From Alphaproteobacteria bacterium (GTDB lineage Bacteria > Pseudomonadota > Alphaproteobacteria > RF32 > CAG-239): 62,355 nucleotides of DNA. A program made the translations under genes and the position numbers. Under the pieces are notes generated by a model, which had not been told where the DNA came from, searched no databases, and worked only from the letters and a program-made list of their open reading frames with translations. The stretch lies in NCBI GenBank assembly GCA_017479985.1, contig JAFVBL010000010.1, positions 1-62,355 of the forward strand. Reading direction: 5' to 3'. Below, piece after piece: positions 17,989 through 30,011 of the stretch (its first letter is position 1; each line of letters opens with the position of its first letter).

Positions 17989-19680
17989 ATGAAAATACAG
18001 AAAATTCGTGAAAAAATGAAACAAAACGATATTGACGCTTATGTAATTGCGCACGGCAATCGTTTTATCGGGCAGGATATTTTGCAAAGCGAGCATAAAC
18101 TCAAGACTTTATGCGGTTTTTCCGGTTCTGCAGGAATTGCGGTGGTTACTGCAGATAAGGCGTTTTTATTAGTGGACGGGCGTTATGAATTGCAGGCAAG
18201 GTTTGAAACCAATGCCGATGAAATTACGGTGGTCGATGAGAATCCGCGCTTTAAAAGCGTATGTGATTTGTTGATGCAAAAAAATATAAAGCGTATAGGT
18301 TATGATGCTTGGAATCATTCGGTGGCGGAAATGGAATTTTTAAAGCGCCGTTATCGTGATTTAATATTTATTGATATCGGTGATTGGGTTGAAACGGAAA
18401 GCAATCGGTCGATTGAGGCAAAGGTGCGAGATGTTCGGTTTGCCGGTGTGAGCCGTGAAGAAAAATGCAAAATGGTGACGGCGGAAATTGCTCAACAAAA
18501 TGCGGACTATATGCTGCTGACGTCGGCCGACAGTGTGTCTTGGCTGCTAAATATTTATGCCCGAGATTTGCCTTGTTCGCCGATTGTACGGGCATACGCA
18601 TCAGTGGCAAAAAACGGTGAAATAACACTGTTTTCCAATAATTTGCAAGCAGATTTACCGGTTAAGTCGTGGGCGGATTTTGCGACTTTTCTGCAAACGG
18701 CAGCGGATAAAAAGATTCTTTATGATGCACGAACGGCGCCGGAAAAAATTAAACAAACGGCAAATTCGGCAGCTGTTTTGCTGAAAGTGCCGGATATGTG
18801 TGCAATGCAAAAGGCAGAGAAAAATCCGACCGAGCTGCAAGGTATGATAAATTGCCATATCCGTGACGGTGCGGCGGTGGTCAGGTTTTTGGTTTGGCTT
18901 GATGATAACTGGCGTGGTAAAACAGAGCTTGATGCGGTGGAAAAATTGCATCAATTTCGTGCCGAGCAGGCGTATTTTTTCAGCGAAAGTTTTGAAACAA
19001 TAGTCGGCAGCGGTGCCAACGGTGCGGTTGTGCATTATCAACCGACAGAAGCAAGCAATACCGAACTTAAAGCAAATTCGTTATTGTTGGTTGACAGCGG
19101 CGGACAGTATTTTGACGGCACAACCGATATTACGCGCACAATAGTTATAGGTGAGCCGACAAAAGAAATGATTGCCGATTTTACGGCGGTATTGAAAGCG
19201 CATATTGCGTTGACACGTGTACGTTTTCCGGAAGGTACGGGCGGTATCAAACTCGATACAATGGCGCGCGCCGAGCTATGGCGTATCGGTGCAGATTATA
19301 AGCACGGCACGGGGCACGGCGTGGCGTGTTTCGGTAATGTGCACGAAGGGCCGATAAGTATTTCATCAAACGGAAGCGATTACGGGTTTAAGGCAAATAT
19401 GGTGACTTCAAACGAACCGGGGATATATAAAGAAGGCAAATACGGTATTCGTATTGAAAATCTGCAATATACGGCATCAGTTGCGGGTGCGGAAGGTTTT
19501 TTGGAATTTCGATACCTGACCAAAGTTCCTATTGATAAAAAGCTGATTGATAAATATCTGTTAAGCGGCGACGAGATAGCGTGGCTGAACAAATATCATT
19601 GCGATGTATATGAAAGTTTGGCGCCTTATTTGAATGATGATGAAAAAATATGGCTGAAAGACGCTTGCTCGCCGCTATAA
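17989..19680 (+). CDS. Aminopeptidase P family (M24B) Xaa-Pro peptidase
   Basis: GFSGSAG, DSGGQYFDGTTDITRT, HGTGHGV, SNEPGIY and GIRIEN metal-binding motifs. Confidence 0.93.
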   Translation: MKIQKIREKMKQNDIDAYVIAHGNRFIGQDILQSEHKLKTLCGFSGSAGIAVVTADKAFLLVDGRYELQARFETNADEITVVDENPRFKSVCDLLMQKNIKRIGYDAWNHSVAEMEFLKRRYRDLIFIDIGDWVETESNRSIEAKVRDVRFAGVSREEKCKMVTAEIAQQNADYMLLTSADSVSWLLNIYARDLPCSPIVRAYASVAKNGEITLFSNNLQADLPVKSWADFATFLQTAADKKILYDARTAPEKIKQTANSAAVLLKVPDMCAMQKAEKNPTELQGMINCHIRDGAAVVRFLVWLDDNWRGKTELDAVEKLHQFRAEQAYFFSESFETIVGSGANGAVVHYQPTEASNTELKANSLLLVDSGGQYFDGTTDITRTIVIGEPTKEMIADFTAVLKAHIALTRVRFPEGTGGIKLDTMARAELWRIGADYKHGTGHGVACFGNVHEGPISISSNGSDYGFKANMVTSNEPGIYKEGKYGIRIENLQYTASVAGAEGFLEFRYLTKVPIDKKLIDKYLLSGDEIAWLNKYHCDVYESLAPYLNDDEKIWLKDACSPL

Positions 19681-19695
19681 TCAGCGGAGGGCAAA

Positions 19696-20181
19696 ATGTT
19701 AAAGTTTTTGAGGACGGTATTGGCGGTTTGTTTGCTGTGGCATACACAGGCAAATGCGCAATATATCAATTCGTCGGGAGATAATCCGGCAATCCGAGAA
19801 TATGAGCGCGAAATGCACGAGATGTATCCGAACAGTCCGGAAATGTGGAATCGCGGCATTATGTATATTTTTTATGATGGGCAGAATTGTCCGAAGTGTG
19901 CTGAAATCATTGACATTCTCTATAATATATATAATGTGCGATATGAGGGAGATTACGGTATTTTTGAGGTGGATTATACCGAAGATACGGGTGTCGATTT
20001 TCGGCAGATATACAATTTGACGCAACCGATTTCAGTGGTGTTGGTGCGTGTGCAAAACGGTGAAGCGTGGGGATATGTCAAAATAGATAATCTGTATGAA
20101 TTTGCCGATAATCCGCAACAGTTGGAAGAAATATTTATCAAACAGGCAAATAATTTTACGGTGCCGCAAAATATTATCTAA
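19696..20181 (+). CDS. Exported thioredoxin-like protein
   Basis: Signal peptide; CPKC motif after a beta strand (YIFYDGQNCPKC). Confidence 0.65.
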   Translation: MLKFLRTVLAVCLLWHTQANAQYINSSGDNPAIREYEREMHEMYPNSPEMWNRGIMYIFYDGQNCPKCAEIIDILYNIYNVRYEGDYGIFEVDYTEDTGVDFRQIYNLTQPISVVLVRVQNGEAWGYVKIDNLYEFADNPQQLEEIFIKQANNFTVPQNII

Positions 20182-20238
20182 ATTTTTACCAATTGGCTGT
20201 AAACTGAGCGTTACGAATAATAATGTAACGGCAGGAAG

Positions 20239-21066
20239 ATGACTCAACGGCTGAAATATTTATCACGCATCAAAGATGAGTTTGACACGGTGATTTGCGG
20301 TGTCAACGGGGTTTTTATGCGCGGAGATATCGTAAACCCGACTGCTTTGGATGCGTTGATTAAACTGTATCAGAGCGGCAAAAAGGTGGCACTTGCGTCC
20401 AACACGGGAATGCGTGTGCGCGATTTGTATTATCTTTTAAAACATAATAATGTGCCGATGAATATTTTTTATGCGATGATTACTGCCGGAGAAATCGCAC
20501 ATTTTTATTTGAAAAATAACCGAACAAACGGACAAGCGTATTATAATTTGTCGGGCGGAGAGTCAAAAGCGGCGGCAGGTTTGGATTATATGGCTGCCGA
20601 CAGCTTGGTTATGGCTGACTTTTTGCTGGCGGAAACGCAAAGTTCCGGACTTGAAGCGGTAAAGGTTTTACCGCTTTTGGAACAGGCTCTGCATTTGCAT
20701 TTACCGCTTCTGTGTATCGGTAACAATACCTCTTTGGTCGGGCATAGCGGTGTGATTGAAAGTGTCGGCGCAGTTGCCGAGCAATATGCGATGATGGGCG
20801 GCAAAGTGACGTCGTTCGGTAAACCTGATGTGCGGATTGCATCGTATCTTACGGAAAATATGGGAAAGTTTAAACCGCAATGCTGTTTGGTTATCGGTGA
20901 TTGTATGGCTACCGATATGCGTATGGGCAATGCGTTTGGGGCAAAAACACTGCTTGTCGGCGACGGCGTGCATCAATTAAATGAAGGCAGCGAGCGTCAG
21001 CTTGACGATTTGTCGGTTAATTACGGTTTGAGTGTTGATTATTATACGGAGGCCTTATTATGGTAA
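20239..21066 (+). CDS. HAD-IIA (TIGR01459-like) hydrolase homologue lacking the nucleophile Asp
   Basis: LASN, FGKP and VIGDCMATD motifs are present, but motif I reads VICGVNGV. Confidence 0.8.
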   Translation: MTQRLKYLSRIKDEFDTVICGVNGVFMRGDIVNPTALDALIKLYQSGKKVALASNTGMRVRDLYYLLKHNNVPMNIFYAMITAGEIAHFYLKNNRTNGQAYYNLSGGESKAAAGLDYMAADSLVMADFLLAETQSSGLEAVKVLPLLEQALHLHLPLLCIGNNTSLVGHSGVIESVGAVAEQYAMMGGKVTSFGKPDVRIASYLTENMGKFKPQCCLVIGDCMATDMRMGNAFGAKTLLVGDGVHQLNEGSERQLDDLSVNYGLSVDYYTEALLW

Positions 21067-21596
21067 AACAGGGTCTCGGCAGAACGATGTTTTTGCTCAT
21101 CGGTCTGGTGCTTATTTTCGCGATTCTGCGCTGTCAGATTTGGGAAAATCCGGCAGACAGGCTCAATCGCATTATGGCACAAAAACGTGCGCAATATACC
21201 ATAGATATTCACGCCAAAGAGTTGGACGAATTTTTAAAGTTGCTGCCCGAATATAAAAAGTTCGGCTTTGATAAGGATTTTTATGTGCCGTATCTTGATG
21301 TTTTACCGTCCGGTGCGCTGGATTGGAAAAAACGAATTTGGTTTTTATATCATCATTGGGATGCCAACCGTTTTTATTATGTGCAGCAGCGGTTGATTTA
21401 TTTGTTGCAGGCACTTGAAATCAGGCGTGATGCACAAGCAATCATCGATTTGGTATTGTCCAAGGAGGAAATCGACGATGTCGCCGAACAGATGATTGAA
21501 TTGCAAAAACAACGCATTAAAGCGGCGGAAATGTCTTTTTCGGAGCTGATTTTAATTTCGGCACGCGAAAAGGAATTGAAAAAATTATTGAAGTAA
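21060..21596 (+). CDS. Membrane-anchored hypothetical protein
   Basis: N-terminal TM helix, helical soluble domain; overlaps the previous stop codon. Confidence 0.7.
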   Translation: MVKQGLGRTMFLLIGLVLIFAILRCQIWENPADRLNRIMAQKRAQYTIDIHAKELDEFLKLLPEYKKFGFDKDFYVPYLDVLPSGALDWKKRIWFLYHHWDANRFYYVQQRLIYLLQALEIRRDAQAIIDLVLSKEEIDDVAEQMIELQKQRIKAAEMSFSELILISAREKELKKLLK

Positions 21597-21683
21597 AAGT
21601 ATCCGTAATTTCAGGTTATCCGGTGATTGCAGATATAAATTTTTAAAGCGTATTTTTATTTAATTATTTTAATAAAATTATAA

Positions 21684-23906
<2,223 letters not shown>

Positions 23907-23932
<26 letters not shown>

Positions 23933-24845
23933 TTTGGGAACAAATTCCTGCCGGCTGCGTATTGCCGACAGTCAGGGTAATTTGGTATTCAGAAATGCCG
24001 AAACCGTTAAACTCGGTGAAGGATTATATAAAAATCGTCGCTTTTCCGATGCGGCCGTTGAACGGGCAATGAAGTGTTTGTCGCAATATGCGCAAAATAT
24101 GATTGACTATCGCGTGTTGCGTTATCGGGCAGTGGCGACGGCATCTTGCCGAATTGCCGACAATGGCGCCAAGTTTGTAAAAATGGTTGATGAACTGTGC
24201 GGTGTCAAGCTGGAAATTATCAGTGCGGAAGAAGAGGCTGTGCTGAATTTGAAAGGGGCACGTCTGAACGCCAATCCGAAAATTCCGTATTTGTTGGTTT
24301 ATGATTTGGGCGGCGGTTCAACCGAAATTACGCTGGCAACAAACGAAATCAATCCAAAGGTATTGTATACGATTTCTGTTCCGTGGGGGGCAAGAAATGC
24401 GGCAGAAGCCTTTGATTTGATTGAATACAATCCGGATAACGCGGTGCGTCTCAGAGCCGAAATCAAAAAATATACGCAAGATTTTTTGCATAATGCCGAG
24501 TTTTTAATGTATCAAAATCAGTGCGAATGTATTGCAACTTCAAGTACGCCGTTGCGTCTTGTGAGTATGGTATGGAACACAGAAGGGTATAACAAGGATC
24601 GTGTTGACGGAATGGCGGCGGAAACGCGTTTGATTGACGCACAGATTGCTAAAATCCAGCAAATGTCGTATGAAGAATTGTCGCAAAATCAATATATCGG
24701 CGAAAATCGGGCACCGATAATTGTTGCGGCAACCGTTATTTTTAAGCAAATTTATGATGATTTGCAAATCAAAACACTGACAGCGTCGCTTAAAGGTGCG
24801 CAAGAGGCAATTATAGAGGATTTGGTACGGCAATGGCGAGGTTGA
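23907..24845 (+). CDS. Second Ppx/GppA-family phosphatase
   Basis: AAIDLGTNSCRL, VATASCR, EEEA and DLGGGSTE motifs. Confidence 0.9.
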
Positions 24846-25522
24846 CACAATCGGCAAAACAGGTTCGCGGGCGCAAGATGTTGACCGTGAAAGTTAAAAA
24901 TGCCAAATATAACACAGTTTCTTCAAATCGTTGGCTGCAGCGTCAGCTTAACGATCCGTATGTAGCAGAGGCAAAACGGCAGGGATATCGTTCGCGCGCG
25001 GCGTTTAAACTGATTCAATTAGATGAAAAATATCACTTTTTGGGCAAAGGCAAAACAATTATTGATTTGGGGTGTGCGCCGGGCGGTTGGACACAGGTTG
25101 CAGCGCTCAAAAATAAAGGTACGGGGCAGATTGTCGGAATGGATTTGTTGCCTACCGAACCGATTGAAGGTGCGGTTTTGTTGCAACAGGATTTTACCGC
25201 AGATGAAGCACCGGCAATGATTAAGGCATTGCTCAACGGACCGGCTGATGTGGTAATGAGCGATATGGCAGCCAATACAACCGGTGTACAGAATATTGAC
25301 CATTTGCGCACACTCGGACTGGTTGAAATGGCATACGAATTTGCCAAAGAAGTTTTGGCAGCCGGCGGTATTTTTATAGCCAAAGTCTTTCAGGGCGGTA
25401 CCGAGCAAAAACTTTTGAATGATATGAAACAGCATTTTGATAAGGTTACGCATTATAAGCCCGATGCCAGCCGGCAGGATTCGGTGGAAATGTATGTGGT
25501 GGCACAGGGTTTTAAGGAATAA
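24833..25522 (+). CDS. rlmE: 23S rRNA (U2552-2'-O)-methyltransferase
   Basis: YRSRAAFKL, DLGCAPGGW, SDMAA and KVFQG motifs. Confidence 0.96.
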   Translation: MARLTQSAKQVRGRKMLTVKVKNAKYNTVSSNRWLQRQLNDPYVAEAKRQGYRSRAAFKLIQLDEKYHFLGKGKTIIDLGCAPGGWTQVAALKNKGTGQIVGMDLLPTEPIEGAVLLQQDFTADEAPAMIKALLNGPADVVMSDMAANTTGVQNIDHLRTLGLVEMAYEFAKEVLAAGGIFIAKVFQGGTEQKLLNDMKQHFDKVTHYKPDASRQDSVEMYVVAQGFKE

Positions 25523-25609
25523 TTTACGATTTTCGTAAATTTAATTTGACATCGGCGGTTTTGTAAAATATATATCAATACACGATTTCAAATTTCGGCA
25601 GGAGAAAAT

Positions 25610-26524
25610 ATGCCTCTGGTTTCGGTTATTATTCCCGTTTATAACGTGGAACAGCATCTCAGAAAATGCTTAGACAGCGTACTCGAGCAAACGTTTCGGG
25701 ATATGGAGGTTATATGTGTTAATGACGGTTCGACCGATGGGAGTGCCGCAATTTTGGAAGAATATGCCGCCAAAGATAAGCGTTTTAAGATAATAACTCA
25801 AAAAAATCAAGGATTGTCGGCAGCGCGCAATAACGGTTTGGCGGTTGCGACGGCAAAGCATATAGCCTATGTTGACAGCGATGATTTTGTACATCCTCGG
25901 TTTTTGGAAATATTATATAGTGCGGCAACGGAAAATGATGCCGATGTTGCCGGTTGCAATTTTTGTAAAATCTTTAATGATGCCCAACTGCCGAATTTAT
26001 CGGAAACGCAGCCGAGAGAATATAAGCCGGCACTCAATGTTTTGATGAATCGCAGAAATTTTATTCATTTTAATGTGTGGAATAAACTTTATAAACAAGA
26101 ACTTATCAGCGATATTCCGTTTGTTGACGGGATATACTTCGAAGATTGGGTGTATAATTGTTGTGTGTTTGCCAAAGCACGTAATTTTGTGTGGATTAAC
26201 GAAAAACTTTACGGTTATCGAATTTCGGACAATTCAATTATGCGCAGCAGTTTTACCGGAAAAAAACTTGCGGACTATGTCGAAGGAATCCATTGTGTGC
26301 GTAAATTCTATAAAGAAAAATATCCTCAATTGTGGCCGCTTGTCCGTGATACGCGGATTGCGCGTACCGTTAAAATGATGATGAACAGTGCCAGACGCAG
26401 TCACAATTCAAAACTTATCGCTGATGCCAAAATTGCTTTGAAAAAGCTGTATAACCTTAAACTTATCGGTTATCGCGGTCTGTCTTTGCCCAATAAAATC
26501 AAATTGTTTTATTTTCTGCACTGA
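25610..26524 (+). CDS. Glycosyltransferase family 2
   Basis: VSVIIPVYN, VNDGSTD, NQGLSAARN, VDSDD and FED motifs. Confidence 0.93.
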   Translation: MPLVSVIIPVYNVEQHLRKCLDSVLEQTFRDMEVICVNDGSTDGSAAILEEYAAKDKRFKIITQKNQGLSAARNNGLAVATAKHIAYVDSDDFVHPRFLEILYSAATENDADVAGCNFCKIFNDAQLPNLSETQPREYKPALNVLMNRRNFIHFNVWNKLYKQELISDIPFVDGIYFEDWVYNCCVFAKARNFVWINEKLYGYRISDNSIMRSSFTGKKLADYVEGIHCVRKFYKEKYPQLWPLVRDTRIARTVKMMMNSARRSHNSKLIADAKIALKKLYNLKLIGYRGLSLPNKIKLFYFLH

Positions 26525-26527
26525 ATT

Positions 26528-27310
26528 CTATATTTTAATTTGTTCGATTGATTTTGCCAAGCCGGTTTGAGAATCTGTTTCAATCAAAACGGCGTACAAG
26601 GTTCCTTTACCGTTTGCCGGTATCAGTCTGTCACCGATATAATTACGGCGCAAGCGGTTAATCGGCGCTTGTTTGTCAAAGCCCAAAACCGAATCGTAAC
26701 AACCGCACATTCCGACATCGGTAATATAAGCCGTACCGTTTGGCAAAACACGTGCGTCAGCCGTTGGTATGTGGGTATGTGTGCCGGCAACACACGAAAC
26801 GCGGCCGTCAAGATAATGGCCGAAGGAGAGTTTTTCGGAGGTGGCTTCTGCGTGAATATCCACCAAAATCGCATCAACATTTTTACCGAGCGTGTAGTTT
26901 TTCAAAATGGAATCCGTTGCCTGAATCGGGCAGTCGACAGCCTCCATAAACAAGCGCCCCAAAACTTGCAATACAAGAATTTTCTGACCGGTCGGCAGTT
27001 CAAATACGGTAAAGCCGTGTCCGGGGTTTATCGACGGAATGTTTGCCGGCCGTATAATGACTTTACATTCATCTAAATAGGATACAATCTCCCGTTGATT
27101 TAAGAAATGGTTGCCGGTTACCAGAATATCGGCGCCTTTGTTTAAAAAATCACGGCAGATTCCCGGAGTTACACCAAATCCGTGTGCCGCATTTTCAACG
27201 TTCAGAATGATAACATCAGCCTTGTATGCGGTGCGCAGATGCGATAAATTTTCCAAAACCACCTCCCGACCGGGACGGGCAACAATATCTCCGCAATAAA
27301 TAATTCTCAT
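26528..27310 (-). CDS. ymdB: TIGR00282/YmdB-family metallophosphoesterase
   Basis: GDIV, NVENAAHG, TGNH, DIHAEATSEK, GTHTH and TDVGMCG motifs; start at ATG 27310. Confidence 0.93.
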   Translation of the reverse strand: MRIIYCGDIVARPGREVVLENLSHLRTAYKADVIILNVENAAHGFGVTPGICRDFLNKGADILVTGNHFLNQREIVSYLDECKVIIRPANIPSINPGHGFTVFELPTGQKILVLQVLGRLFMEAVDCPIQATDSILKNYTLGKNVDAILVDIHAEATSEKLSFGHYLDGRVSCVAGTHTHIPTADARVLPNGTAYITDVGMCGCYDSVLGFDKQAPINRLRRNYIGDRLIPANGKGTLYAVLIETDSQTGLAKSIEQIKI

Positions 27311-27451
27311 TTTTGTTCCTTTCGGGTTTAAGTATAACAAAGTCAGCGGAGGTTGCAATAAAAATATGTGCAAATCTTAATTGTTAATTGCAAAAGAAAA
27401 GAAAATTGCTTAAAATCCAAAGAAAAGAAGTTTTTGCAGCAGGAGTGATAA

Positions 27452-27901
27452 ATGTTTGTCAAAATAGTTACGGTTATTGCAATGGTATTGTTTTTACAAG
27501 GTTCAAAAAATGTTTGTGCGCAACAGTTTACGGATGCGGAAAATCAGGAAATGGCGAAACCGATTGCTTTGGTGGAAGGGCTTGAAAATTCGGAAACTGT
27601 TGCTTTGGAAGCATTTGATCCGACAATCAGTTATTATGTGCAAAACTTGAATTTGTCTCCGGATCAATTGGATCAGGCACAGAGAATCAGTGAGGCGGAG
27701 CAGTTGAAAAAAGACGATTTGTTGCGTCAGATAGAAGCGTTGCGCAAAGAAGCGTATAACTTGGAAGCGGGAAGTCTGATAGCATTTGAAGCGATATTGA
27801 CCGATGCACAAAAAGCTACTTTTAGGGAATTGCGTGCGGGTACAGATAGTAATGTGATTGAATCCACCGATGAAAACATCGAAGAGGTGTTAAATAAATA
27901 A
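27452..27901 (+). CDS. Exported helical hypothetical protein (Spy/CpxP-like features)
   Basis: Signal-like N-terminus; LNLSPDQ and ILTDAQKATF LTxxQ-like motifs. Confidence 0.55.
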   Translation: MFVKIVTVIAMVLFLQGSKNVCAQQFTDAENQEMAKPIALVEGLENSETVALEAFDPTISYYVQNLNLSPDQLDQAQRISEAEQLKKDDLLRQIEALRKEAYNLEAGSLIAFEAILTDAQKATFRELRAGTDSNVIESTDENIEEVLNK

Positions 27902-28012
27902 TGTAAAATCAATATATTATAAGAATACACGAAAGAAAGAAAAATTTTTTTATCGGAAATGAAAGATTTTTGTTGCATTCTAAAAAAAATGTATTAAAAG
28001 AGAGTGAGTTAT

Positions 28013-28089
28013 CGGAGTGTAGCTCAGCCTGGTAGAGCGCTACGTTCGGGACGTAGAAGTCGCTGGTCCGAATCCAGTCACTCCGACCA
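28013..28089 (+). tRNA. tRNA-Pro (anticodon CGG)
   Basis: CGGAGTG/CACTCCG acceptor, CTACG-TTCGGGA-CGTAG anticodon arm, encoded CCA; T-loop reads TCCGAAT. Confidence 0.93.
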
Positions 28090-28097
28090 AACTTAAC

Positions 28098-28127
28098 AAG
28101 TCGTCTTTAAGGGCGGCTTTTTCTTTT
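28098..28127 (+). terminator. tRNA-Pro terminator
   Basis: AAGTCGTC-tttaa-GGGCGGCTT followed by a T-tract. Confidence 0.7.
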
Positions 28128-28183
28128 ATTTTCAATAACTTAAGCTGGTCCGTATGATATGTTTTTAAAAATGCTGTTTTTTG

Positions 28184-28498
28184 GGTTCATCGTCAAAGAT
28201 AGGGGCAAGAGTAAAAAATTATAAAAGTTAAAAGTCATGGTTCATCGTCAAAGTTGGGGGCAAGAGTAAAAAATTATAAAAGTTAAAAGTCATCAGGTTG
28301 ACCTCGTAATTAAAGTTTAAGCACATAAAATTCTAACACGCAAGCGATAATTTTCAAAATTTCTAAAACCGTACGCCCGCCTTTGTATCAGTTTCATTTT
28401 CCTGTGAAATCCCTCGGTAATTCCATTTGTTCTGGTAAATCTAGGTTCATCGTCAAAAGTGGGGGCAAGAGTAAAAAATTATAAAAAGTATAAGTCAT
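28184..28498 (-). mobile_element. Three tandem ISL3 right-end fragments (28184-28238, 28239-28443, 28444-28498)
   Basis: Each begins GGTTCATCGTCAAA. The middle copy extends into the transposase 3' end (reverse complement of RFTRTNGITEGFHRKMKLIQRRA...) and matches the window termini. Confidence 0.85.
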
Positions 28499-28518
28499 TC
28501 GTTTAACATTTTATTGTA

Positions 28519-28998
28519 TTAAAATACAGGATCGCAGTAGTTAAATGCACATTCTTGTATGTTAGATTTATCCGGCAACACGCATTTTTCCATACAATTC
28601 TCATATTCTTTATTGTTATTATATGAGTGTATTGAAAACAACGCTAAAACTATCCACAAAATAATATGTCTGTGTATCCACGGATTATATGTTTTATGTT
28701 TAATTGCGATTCCACTTTGCAATATCAATAATAATGGAGCAACTATAATATACACCTTTGCACTGTAAACTAAAACAGTCATAATTACCATAAATATGCC
28801 TTCAATAATACATCCTTGCAAACTGTTTTCTACAATTTTCAAATTATCCGTCAATGCTGTAAGTATAAACACAAAAAGCACAATTAACGTGGATGATATA
28901 AAGATGGTCTTTGCTAAAATGCGGCTGACAAAATTACAGCGTACATTAAGATCAATCATATTTTTTTGCCAATACGCACTCCAATCAATTTTTTGCAT
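28519..28998 (-). CDS. Hypothetical membrane protein (about 3 TM, Cys-rich C-terminus)
   Basis: 159-aa ORF with an AAAGG RBS and hydrophobic helices; AT-rich. Confidence 0.65.
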   Translation of the reverse strand: MQKIDWSAYWQKNMIDLNVRCNFVSRILAKTIFISSTLIVLFVFILTALTDNLKIVENSLQGCIIEGIFMVIMTVLVYSAKVYIIVAPLLLILQSGIAIKHKTYNPWIHRHIILWIVLALFSIHSYNNNKEYENCMEKCVLPDKSNIQECAFNYCDPVF

Positions 28999-29058
28999 AT
29001 TCGTTACCTTTCTGTTTTGATGTTATTATACATATTCTATTTTATTTCTCCTTAAAAT

Positions 29059-29610
29059 TCAATTTATACAACAATGACATAGTGACTTGAGCAATATGGC
29101 TATTGGAGCACCCATCCATAATAAATAAAGAATATGAAGCAAAAATGGTATTACTTCATCCACAAATTTATCCGTCCATTTTTCCAGTATTGATAATGTT
29201 TTTTCTTGGAATAGAATATAAAATCCTAATATGATAGCCATAGGTTTGGAACACCAAATTGTAATCCTCCAAATAACAGATAAGATGTTCTCAATAGCAC
29301 TAAAAATATAATCAATAGCCTGAAGAATGCTCCAAATTGCGTGAGGATACGCTTCAAATAGAAATACCGAAACAAACACTATTATTTCCAAAAGCAAAAA
29401 TATGCCGCAACCGCGAAGTATTCCTTGCCGCGGTATTGTTATGATATTCCGGTAAATTCTGTATAAAATGTTGTTTTCATACTTCCATAGTTTATCCAAT
29501 TCTTCATTTGATGTTATGTCAAAAGAAGATGAAAATATGCCTTTGTTTATTAACTCCTCAGCACGTTTTTGTCTTTGCTCTTGAAAATGTCTTACCATAT
29601 CTGCATACAT
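29059..29610 (-). CDS. Hypothetical membrane protein downstream of the SAM riboswitch
   Basis: AGGGGA RBS then ATG 29610; about 183 aa with 3-4 hydrophobic segments. Confidence 0.6.
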   Translation of the reverse strand: MYADMVRHFQEQRQKRAEELINKGIFSSSFDITSNEELDKLWKYENNILYRIYRNIITIPRQGILRGCGIFLLLEIIVFVSVFLFEAYPHAIWSILQAIDYIFSAIENILSVIWRITIWCSKPMAIILGFYILFQEKTLSILEKWTDKFVDEVIPFLLHILYLLWMGAPIAILLKSLCHCCIN

Positions 29611-29658
29611 AGCAATTCCCCTAAAAGTTGTTATCTCCGTATCAACCTTTAAAGAGGG

Positions 29659-29688
29659 CAAAAAATAAACCCATCGATGACGACGGGC
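29659..29688 (-). terminator. Riboswitch expression-platform terminator
   Basis: Minus strand CCCGTCG-TCAT-CGATGGG followed by TTTATTTTTT. Confidence 0.75.
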
Positions 29689-29698
29689 TTTTCTATCT

Positions 29699-29782
29699 AC
29701 CTATCGTCCAAGCTTTAGCACCGTACATCTTGCCGGTTGCTGTGTGGTCATAGGGCTTGTCCCTCGCACACTCTTTATAGGT
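29699..29782 (-). ncRNA. SAM-I superfamily riboswitch aptamer (SAM-I or SAM-I/IV variant)
   Basis: Minus strand ACCUAU-AAAGAG-UGUG-CGAGGGAC-AAGCCC-UAUGAC-CACAC-AGCAACC...GGUGCU-AAA...GAUAGGU. P1, P2 with kink-turn GA motifs and P3 GCAACC/GGUGC are all recognisable. Confidence 0.85.
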
Positions 29783-29789
29783 TATTTGT

Positions 29790-29818
29790 AATATATCGCA
29801 AAATTTTTCGTTTTGCAA
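29790..29818 (-). promoter_or_regulatory. Sigma70 promoter for the riboswitch leader
   Basis: TTGCAA-17 nt-TATATT; predicted start near 29783, at the 5' end of P1. Confidence 0.65.
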
Positions 29819-30011
29819 GCATAATCGAATTGATGAATGTCAAATTATGGCATTGTATTGCCGACACTATAAAAATCTGTTGCGAAAAAATATTCCCTAA
29901 TTACATAAACTGTACCCCAAAAAGTAGAAATACGACAATATTTGACGCATCTAAAGAATATAGTACAATTCAAACAATGAAACAAATTTTATCAAATTAA
30001 GGAGAAAAGCA

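Noticed and set aside
28184-28498. CRISPR-like array of 55-bp repeats
   Set aside because: The repeats are ISL3 right ends, the one 'spacer' is transposase sequence, and there are no cas genes.
29611-29661. Longer start for the riboswitch-controlled ORF, as given in the track
   Set aside because: The TTG lies in the terminator U-tract; the RBS supports ATG 29610.
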